64,000 nt of DNA, taken from NCBI GenBank assembly GCA_004299275.1, contig SCSU01000066.1:14277-78276 (forward strand). The letters run 5' to 3'. Positions 8,085 through 17,451 of the stretch are shown in pieces. The position numbers and the translations under genes are program-made. The stretch comes from Patescibacteria group bacterium (GTDB taxonomy: Bacteria > Patescibacteriota > Patescibacteriia > 2-12-FULL-57-11). The number at the start of each line of letters is the position of its first letter. Position 1 is the stretch's first letter. A model generated the notes under the pieces. The model saw nothing but the letters and a program-made list of their open reading frames with translations, did no database searches and was not told the origin of the DNA.

Positions 8085-8818
8085 AAAGTGGAGGTAGCGG
8101 TTTCCCGATTGACGGTGGCCGGGAAAATCGGGGTGGGCACGGCGTCAATTTGCAATCGGCCAGAGAACTCAAAGGGGATATTTTGCTTCACAAACAGGTT
8201 GGAGAGAGGGGACTCCAAGTTGGCGATGAGCGGCGAGGCGGCGAGAGCATCGCGCAGGCGGTTTAAATCTTGGCGTTTTTCGGCGACGCCGCGCAAGAGC
8301 AGATTTTTTCCGGCGATGTTCAAGTGGAGCGTGTTCAGCGCTATTCCCGACGGCACCAGGGCGAGGATGCCGCCGTAGAGGTCGCCGCTCGGGACAAACT
8401 GGCTTTGAATTTTTTGTAGGTTCCTGATTTCCTCGTTCAGCGCGCGGATTTCGCGGTTGCTGGCGCCGAAGGTCGTGGCGATACTCAGCGCTTGTTCAAC
8501 CGATTGGCGAAAATTGACTTCCAGAATATGGCGTCCGACGACAAGGAGCGAGCCCAAGAGCAAGGTCTCAACAAGCAAGACGAAGAACACATTCCTAAAG
8601 GTCAAAGAGATGAGATGACCTCGGAGCGACTTTTTCTGTTCCTCGGTCAGGAGGTTCAACCGCCACTGATTCGGGAACAGCGTCGTGCCCGGCTGCATTT
8701 TGCTCGCCGAGCGCGTCGGCGGAGCCGAGCGCGCGGCGTCCGTAATTTTCGCGAGGAGATTTTTTTGGTGGAGAGGGCGCAGAGGCATAGAGGTCAGCTG
8801 ATAATTCCGTTTCGTCAA
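8081..8818 (-). CDS. pilN: type IV pilus assembly protein PilN-like
   Basis: Single TM helix plus a periplasmic coiled coil; synteny with pilM. The true start may be the ATG in ...tgacctctATGcctctg. Confidence 0.5.
   Translation of the reverse strand: MTKRNYQLTSMPLRPLHQKNLLAKITDAARSAPPTRSASKMQPGTTLFPNQWRLNLLTEEQKKSLRGHLISLTFRNVFFVLLVETLLLGSLLVVGRHILEVNFRQSVEQALSIATTFGASNREIRALNEEIRNLQKIQSQFVPSGDLYGGILALVPSGIALNTLHLNIAGKNLLLRGVAEKRQDLNRLRDALAASPLIANLESPLSNLFVKQNIPFEFSGRLQIDAVPTPIFPATVNRETATSTL
8790..8815. repeat. solo terminal-inverted-repeat (TIR)-like segment of the GAGGTCATCTGAGAATTCCGTTTCG element family
   Basis: gaggtcagctgataattccgtttcgt, preceded by gcatag exactly as in the copy at 13294. 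Confidence 0.5.
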
Positions 8819-8820
8819 CG

Positions 8821-9936
8821 TTAGACGGAGTTCATGTGGCCGGAGGCCTCCATGGGGAGGAATCGCGCCGCGCGCCGCGCTAAACCGAGAGCCGTGGTGA
8901 ACGAGGCCGTTCGCTCGCGCGGGAATTTGTCGGGGATGGTGAGCCCGCCGAGCGGGTTGCCGCGAGAGACGCGCGTGAGCAGTTTTTGCGCCAGGTAGGA
9001 GTCGATTTTGAGCGTGTTGGCGCTGCCGCCGGCAAGCAGAATGCGTCTGACGCGGTGCCCGCCGGGGTTGCCACGGCGGTAGGCGAGTGTCGCGGCGCGG
9101 ACGTCCTCAATCAAGTCGCGCAGGATTCCAGCAACCACCGGACGGATACGATTGCCGCACCGCGCCGGGTCAAGACCGCAGCTGACCTTGGCTTTTTCCG
9201 CTTCCACCAGCGATACCTTGAGCCATTCCGCGATCTGCGCGGTCGCGACATCGCCCGAGAAGGAGAGAGAGGTCGTAAGCTGAATGGTTCCTTGGTCGTA
9301 GATGATAACGTTGGAGCGCGAGGCGCCGAGGTCGAGGACGGCGATGGCTTCGTCGTTTTGGCTCAGGATTTCGATTAGCAGGCCGCGGACAATGGCGATG
9401 GCCTCGATCTCTACCGCGAGGATGGTGAATCCGGCGGCCTCGAGCGCTGTCGAAAAATTTTCCACGAGCTCCCGCGGGGCGACGGCAACAATTACGCGCT
9501 GCCGCTCCGCGGCGGTCACGCCCGGAAGCGGCGGCAAGAGCTGCCAGTCCAGGGTCGCTTCTTCAAAGGCGAGGGGGATATGCGCCGCCGCCTCGCGAAT
9601 GACTTCGTCGCCGATGCGCTCCGATTCAACTTTTGGAATTTCGATGGTTTTGATGAAAGTTGTGGTTTCGGGCAGCGAGACGACGGCACTGCGCGTTTTT
9701 ATCGCTTTCGGCGTCGCCGTGCGGACCACCGCGCGGAGCAGTTTGGCGGCGGTTTCGGCTTGCTCCACCCTGCCCGGGGAAAATACCCCATCGGGCACCC
9801 GAACTTCGTTCCAAGTGCTCAATTCAAGGCGCGGTTTGCCGAAGACCAGCCGGTTGTACTGCAAATCCACCGCTTTAATTGAGCGGTCGCCGATGTCCAG
9901 TCCAAAGGCGTGATACGAGGATTCGAGCGAGGGCAT
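8821..9936 (-). CDS. pilM: type IV pilus assembly protein PilM (actin-like ATPase fold)
   Basis: FGLDIGDRSIKAV N-terminus and the general layout of PilM. Confidence 0.8.
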   Translation of the reverse strand: MPSLESSYHAFGLDIGDRSIKAVDLQYNRLVFGKPRLELSTWNEVRVPDGVFSPGRVEQAETAAKLLRAVVRTATPKAIKTRSAVVSLPETTTFIKTIEIPKVESERIGDEVIREAAAHIPLAFEEATLDWQLLPPLPGVTAAERQRVIVAVAPRELVENFSTALEAAGFTILAVEIEAIAIVRGLLIEILSQNDEAIAVLDLGASRSNVIIYDQGTIQLTTSLSFSGDVATAQIAEWLKVSLVEAEKAKVSCGLDPARCGNRIRPVVAGILRDLIEDVRAATLAYRRGNPGGHRVRRILLAGGSANTLKIDSYLAQKLLTRVSRGNPLGGLTIPDKFPRERTASFTTALGLARRAARFLPMEASGHMNSV

Positions 9937-9964
9937 ATTGGTTTGCGTAAGCGAGCGAGCCGCG

Positions 9965-11755
9965 TCACTTGATTTCGCGCCAGCTGTCTTTGGCTATCTT
10001 CCAAGTGCCGCCCGCGCCGCCAGTAAAACGGGAGTCGGCGAGCCCCGAGTCGTAGACGAGCGTCGCGTTGTTGGAGAGGTTGACTTTTTTGGCCGTGAGC
10101 GAGATAAGGCGCACGTTATTCTGCAGCTTGGCGAGCCCGTTCGGAGCAAAGAAGACTGCTCCCGTGACATTGTTCTGGAAATCCATAGCTGGATTGTCGT
10201 CGCCGCCCGCGGCGGTGGAGATAACCAGCACATAGGACCCCGCGCCCGCGCCTTGGAAGGCGGCGTTATTGGACACGCGCAGCCAGCCGTTACTCACCAG
10301 TACGCCGCCGTTCGAACCATAGCCGGCATCAAGGCGAATCTGCGAGTTGTTGTCTATGGTGACGTTGCCGCGGACGAAAAGCGTGCCGGTCATAATCAGC
10401 GTTTGGTTGTTGTCAAGAATCAGATTGCCGGTGATTTCTTTGGGGCCAAGATAGTTCGTGCTGTCCGCCGCCGGGCGGTAATCGCCGGTGATGACCCCGC
10501 CGCTTGAGGCCCCCTGCTGCCAATCATTGATTTGCGCATCGGAGAGCGGATAGACCGTCGGTCCCGGGTCGGGCGAGCCCGGGTAAGCGGTGCCGGCAAT
10601 TGAACAGCTCGCGATGGCCTGATAATAAGCGTCGCCAGTCACGCTGCAGTTTTTTATCGTATTGGCGCGGAGCGTTCCGCTGACCGTGACTTTGTCTAGA
10701 AACGTGGGGATGCCGCCCATCCAGGTTTTAAAGCCGAGGTCGGAATTGGCGTCGGACCAAACCAGGGTGGCTGGGCTGGTTTTGCCTGTGCCGCTCGCGT
10801 AGCCCTGGGCGGTGTCCTTGCCCCAGACCAGGTAATTTGAGGCGTCCAGCGTGGAGTTAATTACTATCCAGTATAGCCGACCGGCGGTGAGTGTCGGCGG
10901 CGCGGCAAAGCCGACTGTAACCCAGCCATAGGCGCCAGTCACTTGCGAGGACTCCAGCGTGGCGCTCGCGAGCGCACCGGTTTCCGGCTTGCCGCCGTCG
11001 TCCCCATTGATGCTCACGGTTTTGTTTGACGGCGAGCCGACCTTCTTTAAATAAAGCGAGACCAGGTTCAGCGGTCCGCCGGCCGTAGGGATAAAACTCT
11101 GCGCCGCGTTAATCACGGTCACTTCTTGGCCAAAAGGCAGGTCGTCGTTTTGGGCGAGCGATTGCTGGTTGGCCAGCGGTTGGGTGCCGCCGGCAATCCA
11201 AACATTGTTGGTAATGACCACGTTGTTACTGCCATTGATGTTGCCGTTCGAGTAGACATTGCCGACGACGGAAGAGTTGTTGTCCATTTCGAGTCCGCCC
11301 TCGCCGACCTGCAAAGCGTAGTTAAAAGACAAATTTTCGGACTTAATCGTCGCCTTGGCGCGGAAGCGCTGAGTCGCAATTGGCGCGGCGGCGTTTGGGG
11401 AGTAGGCGGTAACGTCAATCTGTTTGGTTAGGGGGTCGATTGTAGTGATGCTCGAGGTGTAGGTTGCTCCGGCGAGCGGGACGTTGTTTTCGCCGGTAAA
11501 ATTGCCGCCGGCGGCGCCGTTGCAGTCGGTTGCGGCTGTTGGGTTATTGAGGCACCAGACGGCTTTTTGAACTCCGGCGCTTGCCGCTGCGTTGGCCACC
11601 CGGCTCTTAGCTAAAGTATTGCCGGCGCGGAAGACCGCCTGATTAGTCTCGGAGAGGGCGACGGTGAGCGCTAGCACAAAAAAAAGCAGGACGGTCGCGA
11701 TCAGGATTGTCTGGCCGCTGGTTTGCCGGGTAAAAAATTGAGACGCGCGGGTCAT
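9965..11755 (-). CDS. large pilin-like/pseudopilin surface protein (N-terminal TM helix, 596 aa)
   Basis: N-terminal GQTILIATVLLF hydrophobic helix and a long Thr/Asn/Gly-rich extracellular region; lies within the pilus cluster. Confidence 0.5.
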   Translation of the reverse strand: MTRASQFFTRQTSGQTILIATVLLFFVLALTVALSETNQAVFRAGNTLAKSRVANAAASAGVQKAVWCLNNPTAATDCNGAAGGNFTGENNVPLAGATYTSSITTIDPLTKQIDVTAYSPNAAAPIATQRFRAKATIKSENLSFNYALQVGEGGLEMDNNSSVVGNVYSNGNINGSNNVVITNNVWIAGGTQPLANQQSLAQNDDLPFGQEVTVINAAQSFIPTAGGPLNLVSLYLKKVGSPSNKTVSINGDDGGKPETGALASATLESSQVTGAYGWVTVGFAAPPTLTAGRLYWIVINSTLDASNYLVWGKDTAQGYASGTGKTSPATLVWSDANSDLGFKTWMGGIPTFLDKVTVSGTLRANTIKNCSVTGDAYYQAIASCSIAGTAYPGSPDPGPTVYPLSDAQINDWQQGASSGGVITGDYRPAADSTNYLGPKEITGNLILDNNQTLIMTGTLFVRGNVTIDNNSQIRLDAGYGSNGGVLVSNGWLRVSNNAAFQGAGAGSYVLVISTAAGGDDNPAMDFQNNVTGAVFFAPNGLAKLQNNVRLISLTAKKVNLSNNATLVYDSGLADSRFTGGAGGTWKIAKDSWREIK

Positions 11756-12354
11756 CGGTTTTCAAGTTTACTTTGAGTCGAGAGCGCCGAGCGGATGGCG
11801 GCGTTGCCGGCAATCTCTTTGGTCTCGAGGTAGATTTCCACGAGTGTGGAGTTTGCCGGCGTGCTGGTATTGTATCTAATTCGGAAAACATCCACAAAAC
11901 TGGCGATGGTGTAGCGGCCGGTGCGCCGCACACTGCTTGTGGCCGCCTCAATTTCCTCCAAAAGAATGGTGTTGTCGCCGGGGTCTCGCCGGAAGCCGAT
12001 GAGGTCTGCGCCAGAGAGGAGCGCGCCGGCGGCGTTAATCGCCGGGAGACTGAAGACCACGGTGGAAGTGCCGGAAGTAAACGGTGTTCCGTTGACGGTG
12101 GCGCTCGCGAGCACCGCCGAGGCGCCCTTGGCCGCCTCGCGGATTAATTCGATGCCGCCCGCGGTCCGGCGCTCGACGTCCGCGGCCGCCCCCTCGCGGG
12201 TGTTAAAACGGATGACCGCGGCGGTCATCTCGGCGATAGCCAGCGCCAGTAGGGTAAAAACCGCCGCGGCGACGGTGAGTTCCACGGCCGTGAGTCCGCG
12301 CTGGTCAAACGGCGCGAAATTTTTTTTTGGCGCGAAATTTTGTTTGCGGAACAT
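11752..12354 (-). CDS. type IV pilin-like protein (prepilin N-terminal methylation domain)
   Basis: QRGLTAVELTVAAAVFTLLALAI matches the prepilin cleavage motif (G/LTAVE). Start chosen at MFRKQNF. Confidence 0.7.
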   Translation of the reverse strand: MFRKQNFAPKKNFAPFDQRGLTAVELTVAAAVFTLLALAIAEMTAAVIRFNTREGAAADVERRTAGGIELIREAAKGASAVLASATVNGTPFTSGTSTVVFSLPAINAAGALLSGADLIGFRRDPGDNTILLEEIEAATSSVRRTGRYTIASFVDVFRIRYNTSTPANSTLVEIYLETKEIAGNAAIRSALSTQSKLENR

Positions 12355-12359
12355 ACTAG

Positions 12360-13301
12360 CTAACGGGCGTAGCCGGTCGCCGTCACGTTTTGCGTCCCGA
12401 TCGCCGTGCTCCACTGGATGCGGGTTTTAATTCGCGCCAGATTGCCGCCGGTGAAAGGGTGGTCAATAGTGATGTCGCCCGCGCCTCCGGGCAGGTCGGC
12501 GGCGCTGAGCGTCCGCCAGTCAACCGGAGGCAAGCCGACGGCGTCGGCGTCAAAGCGCCAGGTAGCGGTGGCCGCGCCGGTCACGGCCACGTCATCAAAG
12601 GCCGCGGCTAAATTTCCCATCGCGACCAACGCGAGGTCGCCGGAGCCCCAAGTGGAGTCGGTGACTATGGTGAGCGGGACGCCGTCTTTGGAGAGCGATA
12701 GTTGGCTGCCGCTTGCGGAGATGGCAAGCGTGGTCCAGGTGTCCGGCGCGGCGCTGGTGCTCAAGGTATAGAGTTCGGTCGCGACCCCGTTCGTGAGCCG
12801 TTCCAAAGTTACCGTGGCGGCGCCGAAGGTATAACGGTAAGTATTGCCGAGGTCGCGGCTCCGGAAGAGCAAGCCGGCGCGCCAGCCGCTCGGCGGACTC
12901 GGGGGAACATAGATTGCGGCGGCGAGCGCGCCATTGGCGCTCGGCGGCGTGATGAGCCGTAGAGCGGCAGTTGTGCCGGCAATCGCCGGCGAGGAGGTCG
13001 CGATGGCGAGGACATTGGGGGCCGACGGCGCGCCGGTCTGCGCGCGCACCCACCATTGTCCGCGTTTTTCGGTAAAACCGATGAGCGGCGCGCTGACCCG
13101 GTCGGTGAGCGCTGAGCTCGGCAGGGCAAGCGCGGCGGCGAGCGCGCCCTCGGCGAGCGCTGTCGCCTTGGTTTCGTAATTGACTCGGACTCGGAGCGTG
13201 CGGGCGGAGAGCATGCTGGCGAGCGCGGCAAACATCGCGCCCACGAGCGCGATGGCTACGACGACCTCGAGGAGTGACATTCCGCGGCGCATAGAGGTCA
13301 T
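12360..13301 (-). CDS. type IV pilin-like protein
   Basis: MRRG|MSLLEVVVAIALVG prepilin leader with Glu at +5. The true start is probably the second ATG (13292). Confidence 0.7.
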   Translation of the reverse strand: MTSMRRGMSLLEVVVAIALVGAMFAALASMLSARTLRVRVNYETKATALAEGALAAALALPSSALTDRVSAPLIGFTEKRGQWWVRAQTGAPSAPNVLAIATSSPAIAGTTAALRLITPPSANGALAAAIYVPPSPPSGWRAGLLFRSRDLGNTYRYTFGAATVTLERLTNGVATELYTLSTSAAPDTWTTLAISASGSQLSLSKDGVPLTIVTDSTWGSGDLALVAMGNLAAAFDDVAVTGAATATWRFDADAVGLPPVDWRTLSAADLPGGAGDITIDHPFTGGNLARIKTRIQWSTAIGTQNVTATGYAR

Positions 13302-13457
13302 TTGAGAATTCTGTCCCGCCGTGGTGGGATTACGGGATTTGGAACGAGGCGAGGAGCGACGACGAAGGCGTATATGGAATATACGTCAAGGAGGAGCGAC
13401 CAAGCCGTAGTCCAAATACCGTAATTGCAGCAGAAAAAGGAATTTTCAGATGACCTC
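13294..13457. mobile_element. MITE-like element with 18-bp terminal inverted repeats GAGGTCATTTGAGAATTC / GAATTTTCAGATGACCTC, copy 1 (164 bp)
   Basis: Perfect TIRs. The internal end ...attgcagcagaaaaaggaRttttcagatgacctcat is shared with the copy at 24604-24676. Confidence 0.65.
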
Positions 13458-13462
13458 ATTAT

Positions 13463-14575
13463 CTAAATCGTTTCCGAGAGCGTGTAAATCGGCGAGATAA
13501 TGGCGACGGCAATGCCGGCGACCGCGGCGCCCAAAATCAGGATGAGCAGCGGTTCAATAATCTGGGTGAGGTTGGAGAGCGTCGAGTCCACTTGGGCCTC
13601 GTAAAAATTCGCGACCTCGCCGAGCATCTCATCCAGTTTTCCCGACTGTTCGCCGACCGTGGTCATTTGAATCACGAGCGGCGGAAAAAGCCGAGGGTAT
13701 TTGGCGAAAGACTCGCCGACTTTGGTGCCGCGCCGGAGTTCGTCCTCCGCGGCGACGAGCGCTTTTTGATAGTGGACGTTGCCGACGACCTCGGAAGTGA
13801 TTTGAAACGCTTCAATCACCGGAATTCCCGTGCGGAGCAGAGTCGCGAGCGTGCGGAGCGCGCGGGCGAGATTAACTTTTTTCACGATCGGGCCGATGAT
13901 GTAGAACCTGAGGAACGTCCAGTGGAGCAGTGTTCGGCCGCCGGGCGTCCGGGCGAGATAAACAAGCAGGGCGACGAAGAGCAGCACTCCCAGCGCGACC
14001 AGCGGGCCCCGCGTGGTGATGGCTTGGGAAACTGCTAGGAGAATTTTAGTGGGCAGCGGGAGCTCGGCTTTGAATTCCTTAAAGATGTCCAGGATGCGGG
14101 GCACGACAAAAATGAACAAGGCGATTGAGATCAGCACCGTGGCTGAGAGGGTGATGGCCGGGTACATCAGCGCGCCGCGGATTTTGCCGCGCATGGTCAG
14201 CTCCTTTTTCATCTGCAGTCCGAGTTCTTCCAAAGATTTTTCCAGCGTCCCGGAGACCTCGCCGACCCGGACCATGCTCACAAAAAACGGCGGGAAGTCC
14301 TCGTGGTGGGTGAGCGCGCCGGCAAAGGATTCGCCACGCTCCAACCTTTTCGCGATATCCTGCAGTATCAGCCGCCAGCGCTTTTTTTCCGCCTGCAGAA
14401 TCAGCGTCTCAAAGGCCTGGGTGTAAGAGAGGCCGGCGCGGACCATGACGCGTAGGTTTTCCACGAAAAAAATTTTTTGCGCCAAGGGAATGCCGAGGCG
14501 CGGCAGCCAGGAGCGGCGTTTGCCTTTGGCGTCGGCTGCCGGTTTTTGGGCGGGGTTTTCCGAAGTAGCGGCCAT
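13463..14575 (-). CDS. pilC: type IV pilus platform protein PilC (GspF family)
   Basis: Two T2SS-F repeats and three TM segments. Confidence 0.9.
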   Translation of the reverse strand: MAATSENPAQKPAADAKGKRRSWLPRLGIPLAQKIFFVENLRVMVRAGLSYTQAFETLILQAEKKRWRLILQDIAKRLERGESFAGALTHHEDFPPFFVSMVRVGEVSGTLEKSLEELGLQMKKELTMRGKIRGALMYPAITLSATVLISIALFIFVVPRILDIFKEFKAELPLPTKILLAVSQAITTRGPLVALGVLLFVALLVYLARTPGGRTLLHWTFLRFYIIGPIVKKVNLARALRTLATLLRTGIPVIEAFQITSEVVGNVHYQKALVAAEDELRRGTKVGESFAKYPRLFPPLVIQMTTVGEQSGKLDEMLGEVANFYEAQVDSTLSNLTQIIEPLLILILGAAVAGIAVAIISPIYTLSETI

Positions 14576-14580
14576 GGTGG

Positions 14581-16308
14581 CTAATCTTTGGTTACGCGGA
14601 AGACTTCGGCGAGCGAGGTCAGCCCGCGGGCGGCTTTAACCACGCCGTCATGGAACATGGTGAGCATGCCGTCCGCGTGGGCCTGGCGCTTGAGCTCGTC
14701 CACCCCCGCCCGTTTGGCGATGAGCGCGGCGAGCGCCGGGGTAACCTCCAGAATTTCGTAAATGCCGATGCGGCCGCGATAGCCCTCTTGGTTGCATTTA
14801 CTGCAGCCCACGCCGCGCGCGAGCATGAGCGAGTTCAGACGGGCGGAGGCGGACAGTTCCTTGGCCCGGACCAAGTCGCGGAAGAGTTCCGCCGAACCGC
14901 CGACTCTTCGGTCGAGTTCTTCGAGCTCGGCGGCGGTGATTTTGTAGTTGGTCGAGCAATCCTTACAGACCTTCCGGACCAGGCGTTGGGCGATAATCAG
15001 GTTGGTGGTAAAAGCGACGAGGAACGGCGCGACGCCTAAGTCGTCGAGCCGGGTAATCGCGCTCGGCGCGTCGTTGGTATGGAGGGTGGAGAGCACGAGG
15101 TGGCCGGTCAAGGCCGAGTTCGCGGCGATGTCGGCGGTCTCGTTGTCGCGGATTTCGCCGACCATGATGATGTTCGGGTCCTGGCGGAGGATGGAGCGGA
15201 GGCCGTTCGCGAAAGTGTAGCCGATGCGCGGGGCGACCTGGCTTTGGTTCACGCCGGCCATGCGGTATTCAATCGGGTCTTCCACGGTCACGATGTTGAC
15301 GCCCGGTTTGTTTAAGATGCCGAGGAGCGAATAGAGTGTCGTGGTTTTGCCGGAGCCGGTCGGACCGGTGGCGTAGATAATGCCGTGGGGACGGGTGACG
15401 GCGCGTTCCACGAGCTCGCGCGGCGAGTTTAAGAGTCCTAGTTCTTCCAGAGTCAGGGCCTTAGCGCTCTCGGCCAGGAGCCGCATCACGACTTTTTCCC
15501 CGTCGTAGACGGGCAGAATCGAGACGCGGATGGAGTAGCGGTAGTCCGGCGACTGGACTTTAAAGCGCCCATCCTGCGGCAGGCGGTGCTCGTCAAGTTT
15601 TAAGTTGGCGAGGATTTTGATGCGCGCGAGGACCCCGTCCTGCGCCGCCTTGGGCAGAGTCATCACCTGCCGGAGCACGCCGTCAATGCGGTAACGGATG
15701 GCGAGCGCCTCCTCGGCCGGCTCGATGTGGATGTCCGAGGCGTTCTCGTACGTCGCGTGCTCAAGCAGCGAGTCCACAATGCGCACAATCGGGATGTCCT
15801 CGGCCAATTGTTTAAGGTCCTTTTCTTCCGCTGGTTTACCCTTGGCGGCGCCGGTCGTGAGTTCCTCGAATTCGGCGGTGAGACTCCGGCGGTAGGATTT
15901 GAGCACCGTGGCGATGCCGGCCGGAGTCGTTAAATGCACTTTGACCGGCAGGCCGGCGCGGCGGCGGATGAATTCGAAAGTTTGGAGGTCCTCGGGGTCG
16001 GTCGTGGCAATCAAGACCTCTTTGTCTGTCTGATCGAAAGGGATGACGGAGTGGCTCGCGGCAATCGGCTCGGGAATCAAGAACAAAACATCTTTGCGGA
16101 CAACTTTGGAAGTGAGGTCAATAAAAGGCAGATTGACCAGGCGAGCCAGCTCGCGATAAAGGGCCTCCTCGGAAACGAGGCCGCTTTTAACCAAAAGTGG
16201 TCCGAGCAGGGTGTGTTCCTTCTCCGCCTGCGCCGCGGTTTTGCGCAGGGCCGAGGCGGGAATGATAGTGGAGTGCCGGAGCAGACGAGTGAGACGGATG
16301 TCAAGCAT
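14581..16308 (-). CDS. pilB: type IV pilus assembly ATPase PilB (GspE family)
   Basis: Walker A GPTGSGKTTTLYS, Walker B and Asp/His boxes, and a CxxC...CxxC zinc motif at the C-terminus. Confidence 0.95.
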   Translation of the reverse strand: MLDIRLTRLLRHSTIIPASALRKTAAQAEKEHTLLGPLLVKSGLVSEEALYRELARLVNLPFIDLTSKVVRKDVLFLIPEPIAASHSVIPFDQTDKEVLIATTDPEDLQTFEFIRRRAGLPVKVHLTTPAGIATVLKSYRRSLTAEFEELTTGAAKGKPAEEKDLKQLAEDIPIVRIVDSLLEHATYENASDIHIEPAEEALAIRYRIDGVLRQVMTLPKAAQDGVLARIKILANLKLDEHRLPQDGRFKVQSPDYRYSIRVSILPVYDGEKVVMRLLAESAKALTLEELGLLNSPRELVERAVTRPHGIIYATGPTGSGKTTTLYSLLGILNKPGVNIVTVEDPIEYRMAGVNQSQVAPRIGYTFANGLRSILRQDPNIIMVGEIRDNETADIAANSALTGHLVLSTLHTNDAPSAITRLDDLGVAPFLVAFTTNLIIAQRLVRKVCKDCSTNYKITAAELEELDRRVGGSAELFRDLVRAKELSASARLNSLMLARGVGCSKCNQEGYRGRIGIYEILEVTPALAALIAKRAGVDELKRQAHADGMLTMFHDGVVKAARGLTSLAEVFRVTKD

Positions 16309-16407
16309 AGATTGTGTTGGTTGCTCTTATGATACCACGCGGACGACGACAAAAAAACGGCTCCGCATTTTGCGGAGCCGTTTTTTCGACGGCGAGCAGG
16401 AGGCCGT

Positions 16408-16899
16408 CTATTTTACGTAGAGCGTCCAGGCGCCGCGATAAGCGCCGGTGTCCCAGAATGAAGAGAAAGTGATATTGCCTTCGGCCGGAAAGGAGACGGA
16501 TTTGGAAGTCCCTCCTTTGACCAGTCCCAGGTCGTATTTGTTGGATTTGATAATCAGCCCGTTGTAAATCACGTTGGAAGAACGAACTTTAAAGGTAACC
16601 GTGACCAGCGACCCTTTGCGCGCGGTGCCAGAGACCGGGTAAAAGCCCTTGTCGTCGGCTTCAACATAAAATGACGTTTTCGGAGCGGCGGCGGGGGCCG
16701 TCGCTGTTTTTGGTTTTGTCGGAGCGTTGACGTTGGCGTTAGCGTTTGTCGTGGTCGCGGCGGCGGCAGTCGTGGTGGCTGTCTTTTCCTCTGCCGGCGG
16801 CGCTGGCGGAGCGTTGACATTGCTCGGCGCGGCAGCTTTGAGACAGCCGAAGCCGAAGAGCGTGAGTCCGGCCAAAATTCCAATTATTGCGCGGTTCAT
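16408..16899 (-). CDS. secreted/lipoprotein-like hypothetical protein with an Ala/Thr-rich linker
   Basis: Signal peptide MNRAIIGILAGLTLFGFGC and a low-complexity TTTAAAATTTNANANVN segment. Confidence 0.55.
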   Translation of the reverse strand: MNRAIIGILAGLTLFGFGCLKAAAPSNVNAPPAPPAEEKTATTTAAAATTTNANANVNAPTKPKTATAPAAAPKTSFYVEADDKGFYPVSGTARKGSLVTVTFKVRSSNVIYNGLIIKSNKYDLGLVKGGTSKSVSFPAEGNITFSSFWDTGAYRGAWTLYVK

Positions 16900-16956
16900 A
16901 GTTACAAAGGGTAAGTATACGCCTTTTGCGGGCAAAGACAACCGCGCGAACCGGAA

Positions 16957-16987
16957 GAGGTTGGATCTCCCAAGGAGATCCAACCTC
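16957..16987. repeat. GGAGATCC palindromic hairpin (GAGGTTGGATCTCC-caa-GGAGATCCAACCTC)
   Basis: Perfect 14-bp stem; family members at 33631-33662 and 36879-36913. Confidence 0.75.
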
Positions 16988-17045
16988 GAGGAGGTTTGCG
17001 GCCTTGCCTCTGTCCGTTCCTGTTGTTAAACTCATCGCACAAAAT

Positions 17046-17120
17046 CGCGGGTATCGTATAGCGGCTATTATGCCACCTTGCCAAGGTGGAGATGGGGGTT
17101 CAACTCCCCCTACCCGCTCC
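17046..17120 (+). tRNA. tRNA-Gly (anticodon GCC)
   Basis: Acceptor gcgggta/tacccgc, anticodon loop ttGCCaa, T-arm gggggttcaactccccc, CCA encoded. Confidence 0.85.
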
Positions 17121-17121
17121 A

Positions 17122-17160
17122 AGAAAACACGCTCCTCTTCACGAGGGGCGTGTTTTCTTT
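17122..17160 (+). terminator. hairpin terminator after tRNA-Gly
   Basis: gaaaacacgctcctcttcacgaggggcgtgttttcttt. Confidence 0.6.
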
Positions 17161-17215
17161 GTAGTCGGTCGTGGGGAGTTGAACCTGCCTGCCGGCTGGC
17201 AGGCGGCAGAAGCGA

Positions 17216-17240
17216 GCCGAGGTGATAATTCAAGACCTGC
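17216..17240. repeat. 22-bp direct repeat (left) flanking the low-GC GH5 island
   Basis: gtgataattcaagacctgcccc; partner at 19405-19430 (gtgataattcaagacctgacccc). Confidence 0.7.
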
Positions 17241-17451
17241 CCCCCGTGTGACGCCCCCCGTGACCCCTTATTGCCCTAGCACCTTCAACATGCGATATTG
17301 TGTAATATGAGACTGTAGAAAAATGATTTTTATTGCCTGATCTTGTCGAAGGCCATAATGAAACGTAGCCAAAAACCCCTTCGACTCCTCCGCCGGCTGG
17401 CGGATTCGCTTGGGGAATAACACTTTTAGGTACTTTTTCTACAGTCTCAAT

